Shown in pieces: positions 1-12,805 of a DNA stretch of 64,000 nt; the first letter of the stretch is position 1, and every line of letters begins with the position of its first letter. The stretch lies in assembly GCA_964270895.1 (NCBI GenBank), contig OZ185439.1; one strand, written 5' to 3'. This DNA comes from Podarcis filfolensis. Its lineage: Eukaryota. The notes under the pieces are model-generated. The model saw nothing but the letters and a program-made list of their open reading frames with translations, searched no databases and was not told the origin of the DNA. The translations under genes and the position numbers were made by a program.

Positions 1-583
1 TGATGTAAATGGCTAGGAAACAGGGGTTAAAAAATGGAAGTGGATCCCTGGGTGAGACAGAGTCGCTATGCAACCTTCCCAGCAGATGGGTTATTGCTGC
101 TCATTGCGAGGGTGAGGGTGAAGGTGGGAGGGGCGTTGGCCAATCTAGTGCCCTTTCCTTGTTCCTGCCGGTAAGCAACAGAGACAGGCTTGCTGGGAGC
201 AGAGTGGCTCTGCCCCACCTGTCAAGCTGCTTCTGTGAAAAACTAGGACTAGGCAAAGCCACCCAACTCAACTTGGATCAATCCCCAAATCTTTTTTTTC
301 CCAGAAGGTGTCCTAAAGTTTAATTAGGGTTTTTAAAACAGTTATCCCTCTGAACCTACTAGTAGTGGTACTATGGACTTCTATAATGCTACTTTTTCTT
401 TGCTGCTGTCTAAGGATTCTGCTATCTCCTGTTATGTATTATGGCATTTTGAAAACCAGACCTTGCATACTGCTGTGTCCCCAAACCTGCTTCTTCCAAG
501 ACTAACATGGTCCTAGGCACAATTGGTGGAACAGAATCACCTCCCACCCATCCCTAAATAAATAAAAGAAAATAGGAGATTCA

Positions 584-772
<189 letters not shown>

Positions 773-1507
773 TTAGATTCCTATGTTTCAATTTCCTTAG
801 TTTCCCAGCTGTTGCAGCATTGTGCAAGTACAAAAGTGATTTTCATGGTCACAGAGGACATGGTTGCTCCTGATCATGTGGCCTGTCTCAGCAAGCCAGA
901 CATGTGCAGTTGATCCCTGCCACAGAATTAGACTTTTAGCATGCACTCTGTAACAACATAAGTTTCCAGTAGTTGGCAAAATGTCCAGTAGTATTTGCTC
1001 ACAACCAGTTTGCTATGGGCAAGGAGCTGATATGCAGCACTACCAAATAGCCATCACACTTGCAGAAGCTATGAGAATTATCCCTAAGTGCTCATAGGAA
1101 ATACTTTGCAATCCAATCAAAATCCTGGGGAAATTGGCAGTAGCAGAAAATTGCAGAGTCAAGCACATCATCACTCAGGAAACATTATGTATAAGAGCAC
1201 AAAATTCTGAGGGAAAATGAATTGAAAGTCTGTTCCCTGTCAAAAGATTGAATACTCTAAAAAAGAAAAAAAAGTCAACATCTGGTAATGTCACTTTATC
1301 AAGTGGCAAAAGGCACTGGATCTATAAGCATGGCATAGATATGTGTGGCAGATTCCAAGCTGCACTGGACTCCAGTATCATTAAAAGCCTTTGTTGGGAA
1401 GATGTCCACAAGATGGACACAAGGAAATGTACACTAGGTTTAGGATTAGAGTTTTCCTTCTCCTAGATGGGCTACCTTCCCAGGTTGATGAGCCCTGTCT
1501 GCCTCTT

Positions 1508-1851
1508 AAAGGTAAAGGGACCATTAGGTCCAGTCGTGGCCGACTCTGGGGTTGTGGCGCTCATCTTGCTTTACTGGCCGAGGGAGCCGGTGTACAACTT
1601 CTGGGTCATGTGGCCAGCATGACTAAGCTGCTTCTGGCGAACCAGAGCAGCGCACGGAAACGCCGTTTACCTTCCCGCCGGAGTGGTACCTATTGATCTA
1701 CTTGCACTTTGACGTGCTTTCGAACTGCTAGGTTGGCAGGAGCAGGGACCGAGCAATGGGAGCTCACTCCATCAAGGGGATTCGAACCGCCGACCTTCTG
1801 ATCGGCAAGTCCTAGGCTCTGTGGTTTAACCCACAGCGCCATCCGTGTCCC
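1508..1851 (-). mobile_element. Sauria SINE, full length
   Basis: (TTTACC)n tail at the left; tRNA-like head with B-box (GGTTCGAATCC on minus) at the right; similar to seven other copies in the window. Confidence 0.9.
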
Positions 1852-4820
1852 GGAAGCAGACAAGCAGAAACCACCTTCTTGACTGTTGGACCCACTGTTG
1901 GTCTCATCCACCAGAGCCTATTTTCACATCCACATTAATGGACTGCTTTAATGCTGCTCTTTTAATATTCCGGGGTTTTAATGTTCTTGTTTAGATATTT
2001 TTGTTTTAATTTGTTTTTACAAGCTGCACTGGGGACCTGTTGGAAGGGGGGGTGGAATAGAGGCAGGGAGGGGATGCCACCAGAAAGATGGGCAGATAAA
2101 TCTTTTTATTTAGAGAAACCTGGGGCCTTCTATATTCCAAGCAGGTTTTCTACTACTGATCTATAGCCCCTCCCTTAAAAAACTAAAAAACAGAACAAAC
2201 CTAAAGGGTTGCATTTCACTTACTTGAAATGTAGGACTGCACATAGAATCAATCCAGCAGATTTTTAAATGGCTGCATCTGGCTAAACTCCACCTGTACT
2301 TCGTCCTTCATACTACTACATAAACTCTGCAGTTCGTCAGGCAGAAACATCTACTCGTATTAGCCAATTAATTCCATTAACGTCCAGGCAACCAAGCCGA
2401 TATGTGCTGCCCTTGAGATGCTTTTCCGGGAATCAAAACTAATGCTAGCAGTTGCGGGTATCAGGAAGTTCATCTGGCTTTATAAATAAATAAGTAAATC
2501 TTGTGCAGAGAGCTGCAAAACTGGTGAGCTCCAATTATTATATTCCCTAGCAAACGTTTTACTTTGGACTGCGTTTTATGTCTTCCTAGGCCCCTTTTAA
2601 GCACTAATGAAACACTTAATTACAAGGTAACTATTTGGAAATGAGTCGATGACAATTCTATATCAGGCACAATTACATCAGTCTTCTTTTAATTAGCAGA
2701 TGTGCTTATGCTTATGAAGCAGTGCGTGCCTCTGAAAAATTAATCTGACAGTTCATTCATGCACGTTGCTCATCAAGAAGAAGCAAGCTGAACGTGACCT
2801 GAAGGTAACATTGGATGAACAGTTGGAAAATATTCATTTGCCTGCTGAAGTCAACAGTGAGAAGGAGACACAAATGTGCAGAGCATGACAAGGAGCACGA
2901 CCTTTCCTCATTATTAACAAACTGTAAACTGCTAACAGCATATAACGTGAAATTTACTATGGATGCATTAGAAGTAGAAGGAGCAAATATAATAGAAAGT
3001 GGAGGGGGGAAACACTAATTAGAGTGGCACACACGGACATCATGAGAATTATTAAATCTTGTTTGCAAAATAATTAGATGTGTGGGCGTGCAAGGCTCTT
3101 TGTTAATTCCTTTAGTTTGTCTATACACCGCTTCATATTTCAACAGAAAATCTCTAAGCAGTTTACGAATCCCACACAGGAAACACAATACACATTCAAA
3201 ACCAAGCCACGTTAAGTTTACTACTAATAATTCTACATTTTAAGTAACGTAATTAAATATCTTTAAACAAGGGACTTAGCCACAAATGATATATAAAATA
3301 TGAAAATATATTGATGCATCAAAATGCAACATCATCACAATATATCATCAACATTTCATAAATGTTACCAAAAGTGCATTGCAATCACACACAAAAATTG
3401 CATGCACATTCACACTCCACAAAACTGAGACGTCCCCACACAATCATTCAACGATCTCCTTAAATCCACTACATTACTCCATCCACACAATCCTCCCTCC
3501 AGTAAAACACCCCTGTGTTGAACTAACAAATAACTAATTAATAGTCATGTACACGAAACAAAACAAAAAAATCAATTAATATATATAGGGTTAGCTTGTA
3601 GAAGAGACTCCAGTTCAGTGGCAGAGCTCATGCATCATATATATAAAAGAGTTTGATCTCTGGTTGGAAAGCCAGCAGGCTAAGAACGATTCCACTCAGG
3701 ACTCTGGAGAATCAGTGCCTGACGGTACACATGGCTTTGGGCCGATTGTTCAATTAATCTGACGGTAGTAATGTCAGCACCATTATAGCACACACATCAC
3801 TAGTATAAACTAGATCCCTGCAGACAACATTCTGCTGGTAAATAGCTACAAGCACAGCCCTCCAATGGATGGATCGCAGGAGAATCTGTCTCGTATATTG
3901 CTTCTTTTTCTCTGTCTACTCCATCCCAACCCACCTCTGTTTCAGTGATGTTGCATTTGGTTATGGTTTGTTTATATGCAGCTTTCTGGACCAAAGGCCC
4001 CCCAAGTACAATCGACATAATCAGAACAATATAAAATAGCAAAAGCACAAAATGTCCACCAACCACTCTAGAAAGGGGTTTGTGGGCTGCATTTATGCCC
4101 TCACCATATATGCTCTCTCCAGCATCCCACCTGTCACCCAAAGTCAAGTTAAGTCACATTCCCACAGCCACACCTGCTCCAATCTCTATCTCTCTCCAGC
4201 AAGCTCATCCACAACCAATTACCCTGGGGTCCTTGCTCTCATCACACCATGGAGTGACCCAAAGGCCCCCTGAAGCCTCCCCATTTGGTCAAGGTGGCCA
4301 TTTTAGGCAAGCCGCACCCACTACAGATGTGGGGTAGGCAAAGACTCGACTCATGCAAACTTGATTCCCAGGCACCATCAATCTATTATTGTCTCCTTGG
4401 TGCCTTTTGAAAACCTGGAACAAAAATCTCCATTCATAAAATTTGTTGGAAAGGGTTTTTAAGTGGAAGTTCTTTTACTGCAGTGTGTATCCATATGAGA
4501 TTTGAAATTGTTTGATTTATATTTGAAATGGTTGCAATTGCTTTATAGGTGAAGTTGTTGTAATTGTTTTTATTGCTAATGTTGTCTCTTGTTAAAAGGT
4601 GATGAGAAATTTTGCTGGAAGCAATTAATAAATGGAAATAAACTAATAAACTAATATCTGACTGGCCACTTCTGGAGTTAAATAGCCTTTTGGTTTGACT
4701 CAGCATGGCAGTTCTTATATGGGATATATCCTTAGAAAGCTATTGGAACTGATTTTTATATGCATAGTGTTCAGATAATTGAATGCTCTGCAATGTGATT
4801 GTCTTACATTCATCATTATA

Positions 4821-5068
4821 CAGTGGTACCTCAGGTTACATACGCTTCAGGTTACATATGCTTCAGGTTACAGACTCCACTAACCCAGAAATAGTACCTT
4901 GGGTACAAAGAAAAAACTTTGCTTCAGGGTGAGAACAGAAATCATGCTCCAGCGGCGTGGCAGCAGCGGGAGGCCCCATTAGCTAAAGTGGTGCTTCAGG
5001 TTAAGAACAGTTTCAGGTTAAGAACGGACCTCCGGAACGAATTAAGTATGTAACCAGAGGTACCACTG
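4821..5068. mobile_element. Tc1/mariner (Tigger/pogo-like) MITE
   Basis: TA target duplication (4819-20, 5069-70); TIRs CAGTGGTACCTC-GGTTAC; subterminal CTTCAGGTTA repeats; second copy at 42888-43115. Confidence 0.85.
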
Positions 5069-5959
5069 TATATGACCAGTGGGATGCCTTTTATATTTCC
5101 CTCTTCACATCACAGCCTATTCTTATAAACTGAAGCATCCTTTTCAACAAAAGGTCGACGATTTCAGTGTTGACACAATAGAGAGAATGCTGACATTTTC
5201 AAAGATACATCCAGTCAGTTCTGGATTAGGAATTGTGTTTTATATCTTCCATTGTAGAGAGAAGCCACTGCTGAGGTCTTAGCAAATAATGGTTACAGTC
5301 TCTACACAATATCATTTCTATTCCACGAATGACTTGGGGGAAGTACTCCCATGAGTAAAAAAAAAAAACATTGCAATTTGAGAAGTGACACTTGGGTAAC
5401 TGCTGATAATCTGAATAAGTGAAGGTGTTATAATCCTCCTAGTAAGGTTTCAGTTTTTGAGAAGAATGGACCTGGGGGCAGTCATGTTACTTTTTAGCTT
5501 CTCACCATAATTCAACATGATGATTTTTCAATGTCTAACCTGGGGCGTTGACAATACTCTGACAGGGCTGTTCCCATCTTCACGCTAGATTACTCTCTGG
5601 AATTACCTTCCAGGCTTTGTTTTGGAAATGTAAAATGATTAGGAGAATCTACTGGGGCAGATGCGCATTGATCAAATGCTAATGTACAACCTGCTGCCAC
5701 AAACAATATCTCCAGTATAAAAACACCCTTGGTTTCTGAATACAGTACAAATCTGTCTGATGTAAGGAGGGGACGTCAAAGTGATCAGAAATCTGGTTTT
5801 GAGGAATGCCATCCTGTATAGGAAGCATAGGTGCTGTGAATATTTCATATGGTATAATATCTGTGGCCACCTTTCGGAAATCCCCACCCGGACGTCAATT
5901 CCACCTTTGAAATCCGAATGTATGGCAGCCCTACCTTAGAATTACATATCTGAGAATGA

Positions 5960-6148
5960 CAGTTCTTCCTTCGCTATGCTCTGTTGGAAGCAGCACATCC
6001 CTGAATACCAGAGTGTGTTGAGGGTGCTGCTGTACACAGGTCCTGCTTGCAGGCTTCCCATTGGCATGTGGTTCGCTGCTGTGACAACAGGATGCTCGAC
6101 CAGATGAGCTCTTGTCCTGATCCATTAGGGCTTTTCTTATGTTCTTAC
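5960..6148 (+). mobile_element. CR1 LINE 3' UTR fragment
   Basis: Ends GATCC...GGGCTTTTCTTATGTTCTTA; similar to the reverse complement of 30740-30830. Confidence 0.6.
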
Positions 6149-6443
6149 ATTCCATTGCTGAAGAGTGAAAATGATGGTTAAGAAGAGAGGCCTTCTGGTT
6201 CATCCAGCCCAGCATCCTGTTCCCGTAGTAGCTGCTCCTGGCAAGCACACACAGGCAGGGAACAAAAGCAGCAGCCCGTTCATGGTGCTGTTCCTCAGCA
6301 ATTGGTATTTTTGTGTCTCTGAACCTAGAGGTTGCATATTGCTGCCGTGCGAGTCATTGTTTGTATGCTGAAAAATGCAAATGGATGTTTCTTTCTCCCT
6401 TCTATCTCAACCCAGTGTAAAGGGAAAGTAGACTGAAGCCTTG

Positions 6444-6663
6444 GGCCCTTAAATCTAGGGGGCCTCGCCAGCCCACCCGCTCCCCAGCAGGCAGTCTCCC
6501 TTCTCCCAAAATTGCAAACCCAATACTTCATGCGAGGGCAGGGCAACTCGGGCCTCTAAGTCTAGGGAGTCTCACCAGCCTGCCCTTTCCCCAGTGCCAC
6601 AGTCTCCCATCTCCCAAAATTGTAAACCCAAGACTTCATGCAAGGACAGGGCAACTCAGGCCC
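6444..6663. repeat. Degenerate tandem duplication, about 108-bp unit x2
   Basis: Units start GGGCCCTTAAATCTAGGG (6444) and GGGCCTCTAAGTCTAGGG (6550); both contain CTCCCAAAATTGYAAACCCAA and CAGGGCAACTCRGGCC. Confidence 0.85.
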
Positions 6664-6678
6664 AGCAACTATAAGACT

Positions 6679-7260
6679 CAGGGCTAGCCAGTGGGGCCCA
6701 ATTTGAAGCAGTGGGGTGCAACTTGAATTTTTTTTTGTAGGGCTCCAGTTCACAGCCAAAGTCTGCAAAATCTTATAAACGTAAAAGGTACCCCTGCCCG
6801 TACGGGCCAGTCGTGACCGACTCTAGGGTTGTGCGCTCATCTCACTCAAGAGGTCAGGAGCCGGCGCCGTCTGAGGACACTTCCGGGTCACGTGGCCAGC
6901 GTGACGAAGCTGCACTGGTGAGCCAGCACCCGTGCCGCACACGGAAACGCCGTTTACCTTCCTGCTATAAAGTGGTACCTATTTATCTACTTGCACTTAG
7001 GGGTGCTTTCGAACTGCTAGGTGGGCAGGAGCTGGGACCGAACGATGGGAGCTCACCCCGCCACGGGGATTCGAACCACCGACCTTACGATCAGCAAGTC
7101 CTAGGCACTGAGGTTTTACCCACAGCGCCACCCGCGTCCTGCAAAATCTTATAGATATAAATAAAATCCATCTAGATTGCCCTGGTGCGGGAGCCCCCTT
7201 AGGAGCAGCACGCGGGCCCAATTTGGCCCAATTGCTCCAATTGCCTAAAGGTCAGCCCTG
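6679..7260. mobile_element. Non-autonomous hAT element interrupted by a SINE
   Basis: Termini CAGGGCTAGC...GTCAGCCCTG; 8-bp flanks ATAAGACT / ATGAGACT (7/8). Confidence 0.75.
6778..7138 (-). mobile_element. Sauria SINE with 15-bp TSD
   Basis: CTGCAAAATCTTATA at 6763-6777 and 7139-7153; full-length SINE body. Confidence 0.92.
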
Positions 7261-9194
7261 ATGAGACTGTGCAGGGGTTGGACTGACAAGCCCTGCACCT
7301 GCTAGATCCCTGGTGTCAATATTCAGAGTACAGACTCAAGGACTTGTTATGGAAATAAAGGGGGACACTTATTGGAAATTAGTTTTGTCACCTCTCCCCC
7401 CCCCAAACCCCAAGACAATGAGCCCAGCCACCTTTTATTCACAGTTGCATAAGCACTACATTACAGCATGGCCATAAACCTGTATGTTCAATAGCTGAAA
7501 TATACACCCAAATGTAGCAATGGAGATTTATGTTACTGCTTTATGAAGGAACACTGTGTTTTATGAATGTACTCTGTATTTTGTGAATTACTGAAGAGCC
7601 ACCAATAGGGAGCTTTAGAATCTGACAGCTAACCAATTGGTGCTACCAAACAGCGACCCCTATTGCTGAAAGCAAGTAACCAGCAGAGAATGCACCAGAA
7701 ACCCAGAATAGCAGCAAATAAAATCTGCTCATACATCAGTGACTGATAAGACTTGTCAACTAGTTCTTCCAAAGTCTTCCTAAATTATAAAGCTCTAAAA
7801 TACAGGCCAGAAGAGAGCAGGTCTGGGAAGAGTGAGCCATACAATGGGCACCACCAGTGAAAAGGCCCTGCTCCGGGGAGTTCTTGCCCTGTCATTTGAT
7901 AGGGCACCCACTTGCCCTCCTTCTTGACATGGAATGCTCTCTATTGGAGTCTCCAGGTCCAGTACAAAGACCATAAAAAGGGAGAGCAGGGACCTTGAAG
8001 TTCCCAACAGCTGTTAATCAAGCAAGCACACAGGTCACCTTTGTCACAATCAGGACGCCTATGTCCTGGCCAGGCCTGCACCCAATCTTGTTTTTGTACA
8101 ATCTTGTTTGTCCCCAGTAACCAAAATATATTATCAACATATACAAGCAGAAAAGTTGTTTTCCTTCATTTGCAAGGAATTGTACAAAACAAAGTGGCAG
8201 TAATAAAGAAAAGTTCCAGGATGGTAACAGAAAGCAAACTAAAAATGCTTTTGCAGTTCATCAAAACTATCCAGCATTATCAAGTTATAGGAAAATTGGT
8301 GCTACTAACAGTAATCCTTCTAGTTGGTTAATTGGTTCAGCAACTTACTGGCACATGACGTGTGATGCTAATTATTTTCCCCAAGAGATAAATGATAACT
8401 AATCAGAGGCAGCTACAGTTGCAAATGGCAACAAAATATCTGTGAAAGGAAGAGGAGCAGGTTTGCTCAAGTGTGTTGCAGGTAGAAATACTGTTCGTAA
8501 TGAAGTGAGAGCAGTAGTTTACTTGCTTGAATTAACAAATCAGAAAGTTTTGAGAATTTAAATTCTAGATTAAAATTGATTACTTAATTGAGAAGGGGAT
8601 TGTAACAAAAACACTGGGGCCTAATTTGAATAATAGAGTGCCTGGTATCTGGTGGGCAATCTCATCCTTTATTTCCACACTGTGGCTGCAGACCAAATCA
8701 CCTGTCAGGATAGCTATGAGATTCAGGTGAGGGTCAGATCCTTGCCAACCCCAGCAGGTATATAACAGGAAGACCTGGCCTGTGGCCTGCCCACACTTTC
8801 TGTCTCTTAGTGAGGAGGGAAATCTGGGCAAAAGACTTAATCTCAGTCTTGAAATGCCCATAGAAATGAAGGAGGAAGTGTGTACTTTCTGTGACAGAAA
8901 AGGTAGCCAACCTCACCGACTCACTGTTCCGAAGGAGCAGTGAATGTGTGTGTGTGTGGCCAAGAGGCTTGGTGAGTATCGTGCGAAGGCCACAAAAGAT
9001 TTACAAAGTTCAGGTGTTGCTAAAGTTTTTCAGTGTTAATTTTATGCATTTTTAAAAATCACCATGGTATTTAACAACAATATCTTATGTCCATTAGAGG
9101 AGAAATTGTGAATTGCAGAATTTTAAATACTCGTCATCATCCTTGGCTTCACTCCATTTTGTTTATAACACTCTTCCATTTTCTTCTAGTTGTG

Positions 9195-9265
9195 AGGGTG
9201 GGGGATGGGGAGGGGCCTCACAAGTGGAGTAGCCTAGGGCCTCTCTTCATCTAAATCCGGCCCTG
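9195..9265. mobile_element. Probable hAT-type terminus
   Basis: Ends ...CTAAATCCGGCCCTG, like the other hAT ends in the window; no matching left terminus found. Confidence 0.4.
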
Positions 9266-11689
9266 ATCTCACCAGAGTCTAGCCTCTTTATTTCATACAG
9301 AAAATCCCTTCAAGCAATAAAGATCATTAGTATAAATAATTATTGTATAGTATTGGCAGAATTAAGCCTGGGCAGGCAGGGATAAACATGCACACCTGTT
9401 CACAATCCTGTGTATAATAGATTCCAGCAAACATTGAGTCCCACGTTAGATTCAACTGCTTTGGGCACATCTGACTTTGCTTTTATTAACTTAGAGGTAT
9501 AAAGAGGTTGAAAATTACTTTATTCAGGACAGAAGTTATCCTCCAACTGTAGTCACTTTAATGGGACTAAGGATAGTATTGTGCTACACCTTTGTTTTCA
9601 CCATAAACTGGGCACGACACTCTTCCTTTCACTTGAGTCTCACTCCCAGGTAAGTTTGCATAGGACTGCAGCCTTACCTGGATGAGATCCGATGAATCAC
9701 CATGTCAGAAAATGGGTGCTTGAGATGGAGCACAAGCCACCATGGACAAGAGAGTTGCTGTAATTATTATTGCTAGCACTGCAAGCTGAGCTGCAATGTC
9801 ACACAGGTATGCGGTCAGGCTAAAAGCTTTAATCGGTTTAAATGGTGGATTAATCAACTCAGGCGTGAATTGATTAACTGTTATGAACAAGTTATAACAG
9901 CTGGCACCAAGAGCAAAAGGCATACACATATACATTTCAAGCAAGGGCGGCTCCTCTTATGGATAAATTGTGGCATAGCCCTGCCAATATTCTGAAACCT
10001 CCTATGTCATAGTCCCATCTTTGTCCTGTCACCCACAAAAATATCAGTACACGTTCCGAGACAGAGAGGCTTCTGTCCATCTTCTCGGCTTAGCCAGTCA
10101 TAGAAATCACTAGCAGTAGATCCTTCCTCTGTTTCCAAGGAGATGAAACAGAAGGGGGGGGGGACCAAGCATAGAAAGACAAGGGCTCAAAACCTCACTC
10201 AGCCATGAGGCTCACTATATGATGCTGGGGTGACTGCTACAATTTAATTTTGGTGAACAATGTGTGCAATCCTCTGCTCTTCCTTCACTGAAGAGAGAAA
10301 CAAGCCACAGAGTGGTTGACTTAGTATCACAACAAAAAGGGAGGTGGATAGGGACCCAGGCACTGCCCACATGACCTCCTAGGCACCCCAACAGGTCTAG
10401 GTTCCACTGGTTTCAATATTAATTTGCTCCTCATGTGTAAGTGACATAGGATCTTCAACAAGGAAGTAATATTAAGGCACAAGCCATCCCTCTAAAAATG
10501 AATGGTAGGTTGACTTAATTATGCCTCAGTCCCATCCTTCCTGCACAGGACACAGTGCGGCATACATGGCTGCCCTGAAACTTGGTCCACTTTGCAGCCT
10601 AACAGTGGAATCCTATACATTTCTCCCCAGAAGGAAGTCCCATTGAGTTCAATTGGGGATTAATCCCAGGTAAGTGGGTATGGGAGCCTAATTGAGCAAC
10701 ACAATAGGGCTTGCCTTGGAGTAGAAATGCATAGGATTATGCTGAAAATCTGTTGTCCAGACATATCTCTTGAGCAAGGTGTTTCCTCTTGTCTCCCTAG
10801 AGATCAAATCTGAGGAGAGGGTGAGAGTGGTGACCTGACAGTTTGCCAAACTGATATGTCAGCAAGAACTGATGTCGGAGCCATAACTCCCTCCATGCAC
10901 TTTCTTTTTTGCTTTTGAACTGGCAACTGGAGTATTCGTGCGTCAGACTGTACCCTTCAGAGGTCCAGATTTGGCTCTGTAGCCTCCAATTGCTGGTCCC
11001 TTCCCTACCCAATATCATTACTGCCATCTGGGTTCACATTTGCGCAAAGTGTAACTACTCGCATTTTGCAGATTTCTATTCCTTATGAATGAAGATTGTT
11101 CGGTAAAGCTATTTCTGAGCAAATTGTTTGCAGATTGCAGTGGAAATAGACTGAATATGCATCATTTCAAGAATCACAGTGGTTCCTATAATGCTTCTCA
11201 CATCCAGACAACCCAAAAATTACCTTTGACTGGAATTGCAAATTGCAACCGTTCATTGCATTTCAAGTAATATTCAACTAAAAAACATTTAAAAAGGGAC
11301 AAAAGGAGGCATATTTAGAGGGGAGGGGAAAGCCCATAAGATAAGAGCAGCTGGCATAATAATGCAGCTATTGTTAATAAAATGATCTCAGTATTATTTG
11401 GGATTCTTTGCCAGCAGTAGGGAAAACATGCAGAATTTAAAACTTCAGTTCCTAAATGGGTTGTTGGAAGAAACATGTTTAAAATTTCCAATACCAGGAA
11501 AGAATGAACAGAAAGTCTTTTTCAATTATACTTGAAAGTGAGCAATAAAAAAATATATAATGTCTCTACATGATGGAGTTTCTGCAGTTCATAATATTGT
11601 CAATTCCTAAATCAGCAGAGCTCAGAAACAAAAAGTTGCCAGAGGCAAAACCACCGCCTTTTGTTTCTATTAACTTCTGTTTCTATCCC

Positions 11690-11795
11690 ATCTTTCCCCA
11701 ACATGGAACCCAAAGTGGTATCCATGTGGTTCCTAGACAATCACTGACCAGACCCAGGCCTGCTTTGCTTAAGCAAAGTAGTGGCATTGTGAGTC
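11690..11795 (-). mobile_element. Degenerate 5S-rRNA-headed SINE-like repeat (copy 1)
   Basis: Shares CCAAAGTGGTATCCATGTGGTTCC...CACTGAC...CCAGRCCTGCTT with 32040-32175. Confidence 0.5.
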
Positions 11796-11879
11796 CAACA
11801 AACAGTTTTGCAGAGTAGACTAGTCCAAACAATATAATATAAAAACACCGAAATCTATCCTTAGGCAGGAAGAACCAGA

Positions 11880-12805
11880 TGTACAAATATAGGATGGGGG
11901 ACACCTGGCTTACTAGCGGTACATATGAAAAGGATCTGCTAGCTTAACATGAGCCAACAGTGTGATGCAGCAGCAAAAACAGCTAAAGCTATTCTAGGCT
12001 GCATCAACAGAAGTGCCGTATTTTTTGCTCTACAAGACTCACTTTTTCCTTCCTAAAAAGTAAGGGGAAATGTGTGTGCGTCTTATGGAGTGAGTGCAGG
12101 CTGCGCAGCTATCACAGAAGCCAGAACAGCAAGAGGGATTGCTGCTTTCACTGCGCAGCGATCCCTCTTGCTGTTCTGGCTTCTGAGATTCAGAATATTT
12201 TTTTTCTTGTTTTCCTCCTCCAAAAACTAGGTGTGTCTTGTGATCTGGTGCGTCTTATAGAGCGAAAAATACAGTATATTGTCCAGATCAAGGGATGTAA
12301 TAGTACCACTCCATTCTGGCTTGATCGGACCACACCTGGAATACTGTGTCCAATTCTGGGCACCACAATTTAAGAAGGATGTTGACAAGATGATCAAGGG
12401 TCTGGAAACTAAGCCTTACACGGAGTGCTTGAAGGAGCTGGGTATGTTTAGCCTGGAAAAGAGGAGACTGAGGAGATACGATAGCCATCTTCAAATATCT
12501 CAAGGGCTGTCACATGGAAGAGGGAACATGCTTGTTTTCTCCTGCTTTGGAGGGTAGGACTTGAAGCAGTGGCTTCAAATTACAAGAAAGAAGTTTCCAA
12601 CTAAACATTGGGGGGGACGGACTTTCTGACAGTAAGAGCTGCTCAGCAGTGGAACAGACTCCCACAAGAGGTAGTGAACTCTCCTTCCTTGGAGGTCTTT
12701 AAGCACAGATTGGATGGTCATATGTCATGGATGCTTTAGCTGAGATTCCTGCATTGCAGGGGGTCGGACCTGATGACCCTTGGGTCCCTTCCAACTCTAT
12801 GATTC
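11880..12805 (+). mobile_element. CR1 LINE 3' fragment (ORF2 end plus 3' UTR), interrupted by a MITE
   Basis: Frameshifted ORF2 peptides ([33 protein letters not shown]); ends GGTCCCTTCCAACTCTATGATTC. Confidence 0.9.
12016..12274. mobile_element. Tc1/mariner-type MITE nested in CR1
   Basis: TIRs CCGTATTTTTTGCTCTACAAGAC / GTCTTATAGAGCGAAAAATACAG; TA (right) and TG (left) flanks; CR1 sequence resumes on both sides. Confidence 0.8.

Noticed and set aside
4830-4875. CRISPR-like or functional short-repeat array
   Set aside because: Subterminal repeats of a MITE with no unique spacers; eukaryotic context.
12279-12557. Protein-coding gene
   Set aside because: Frameshifted CR1 ORF2 remnant with an internal deletion.
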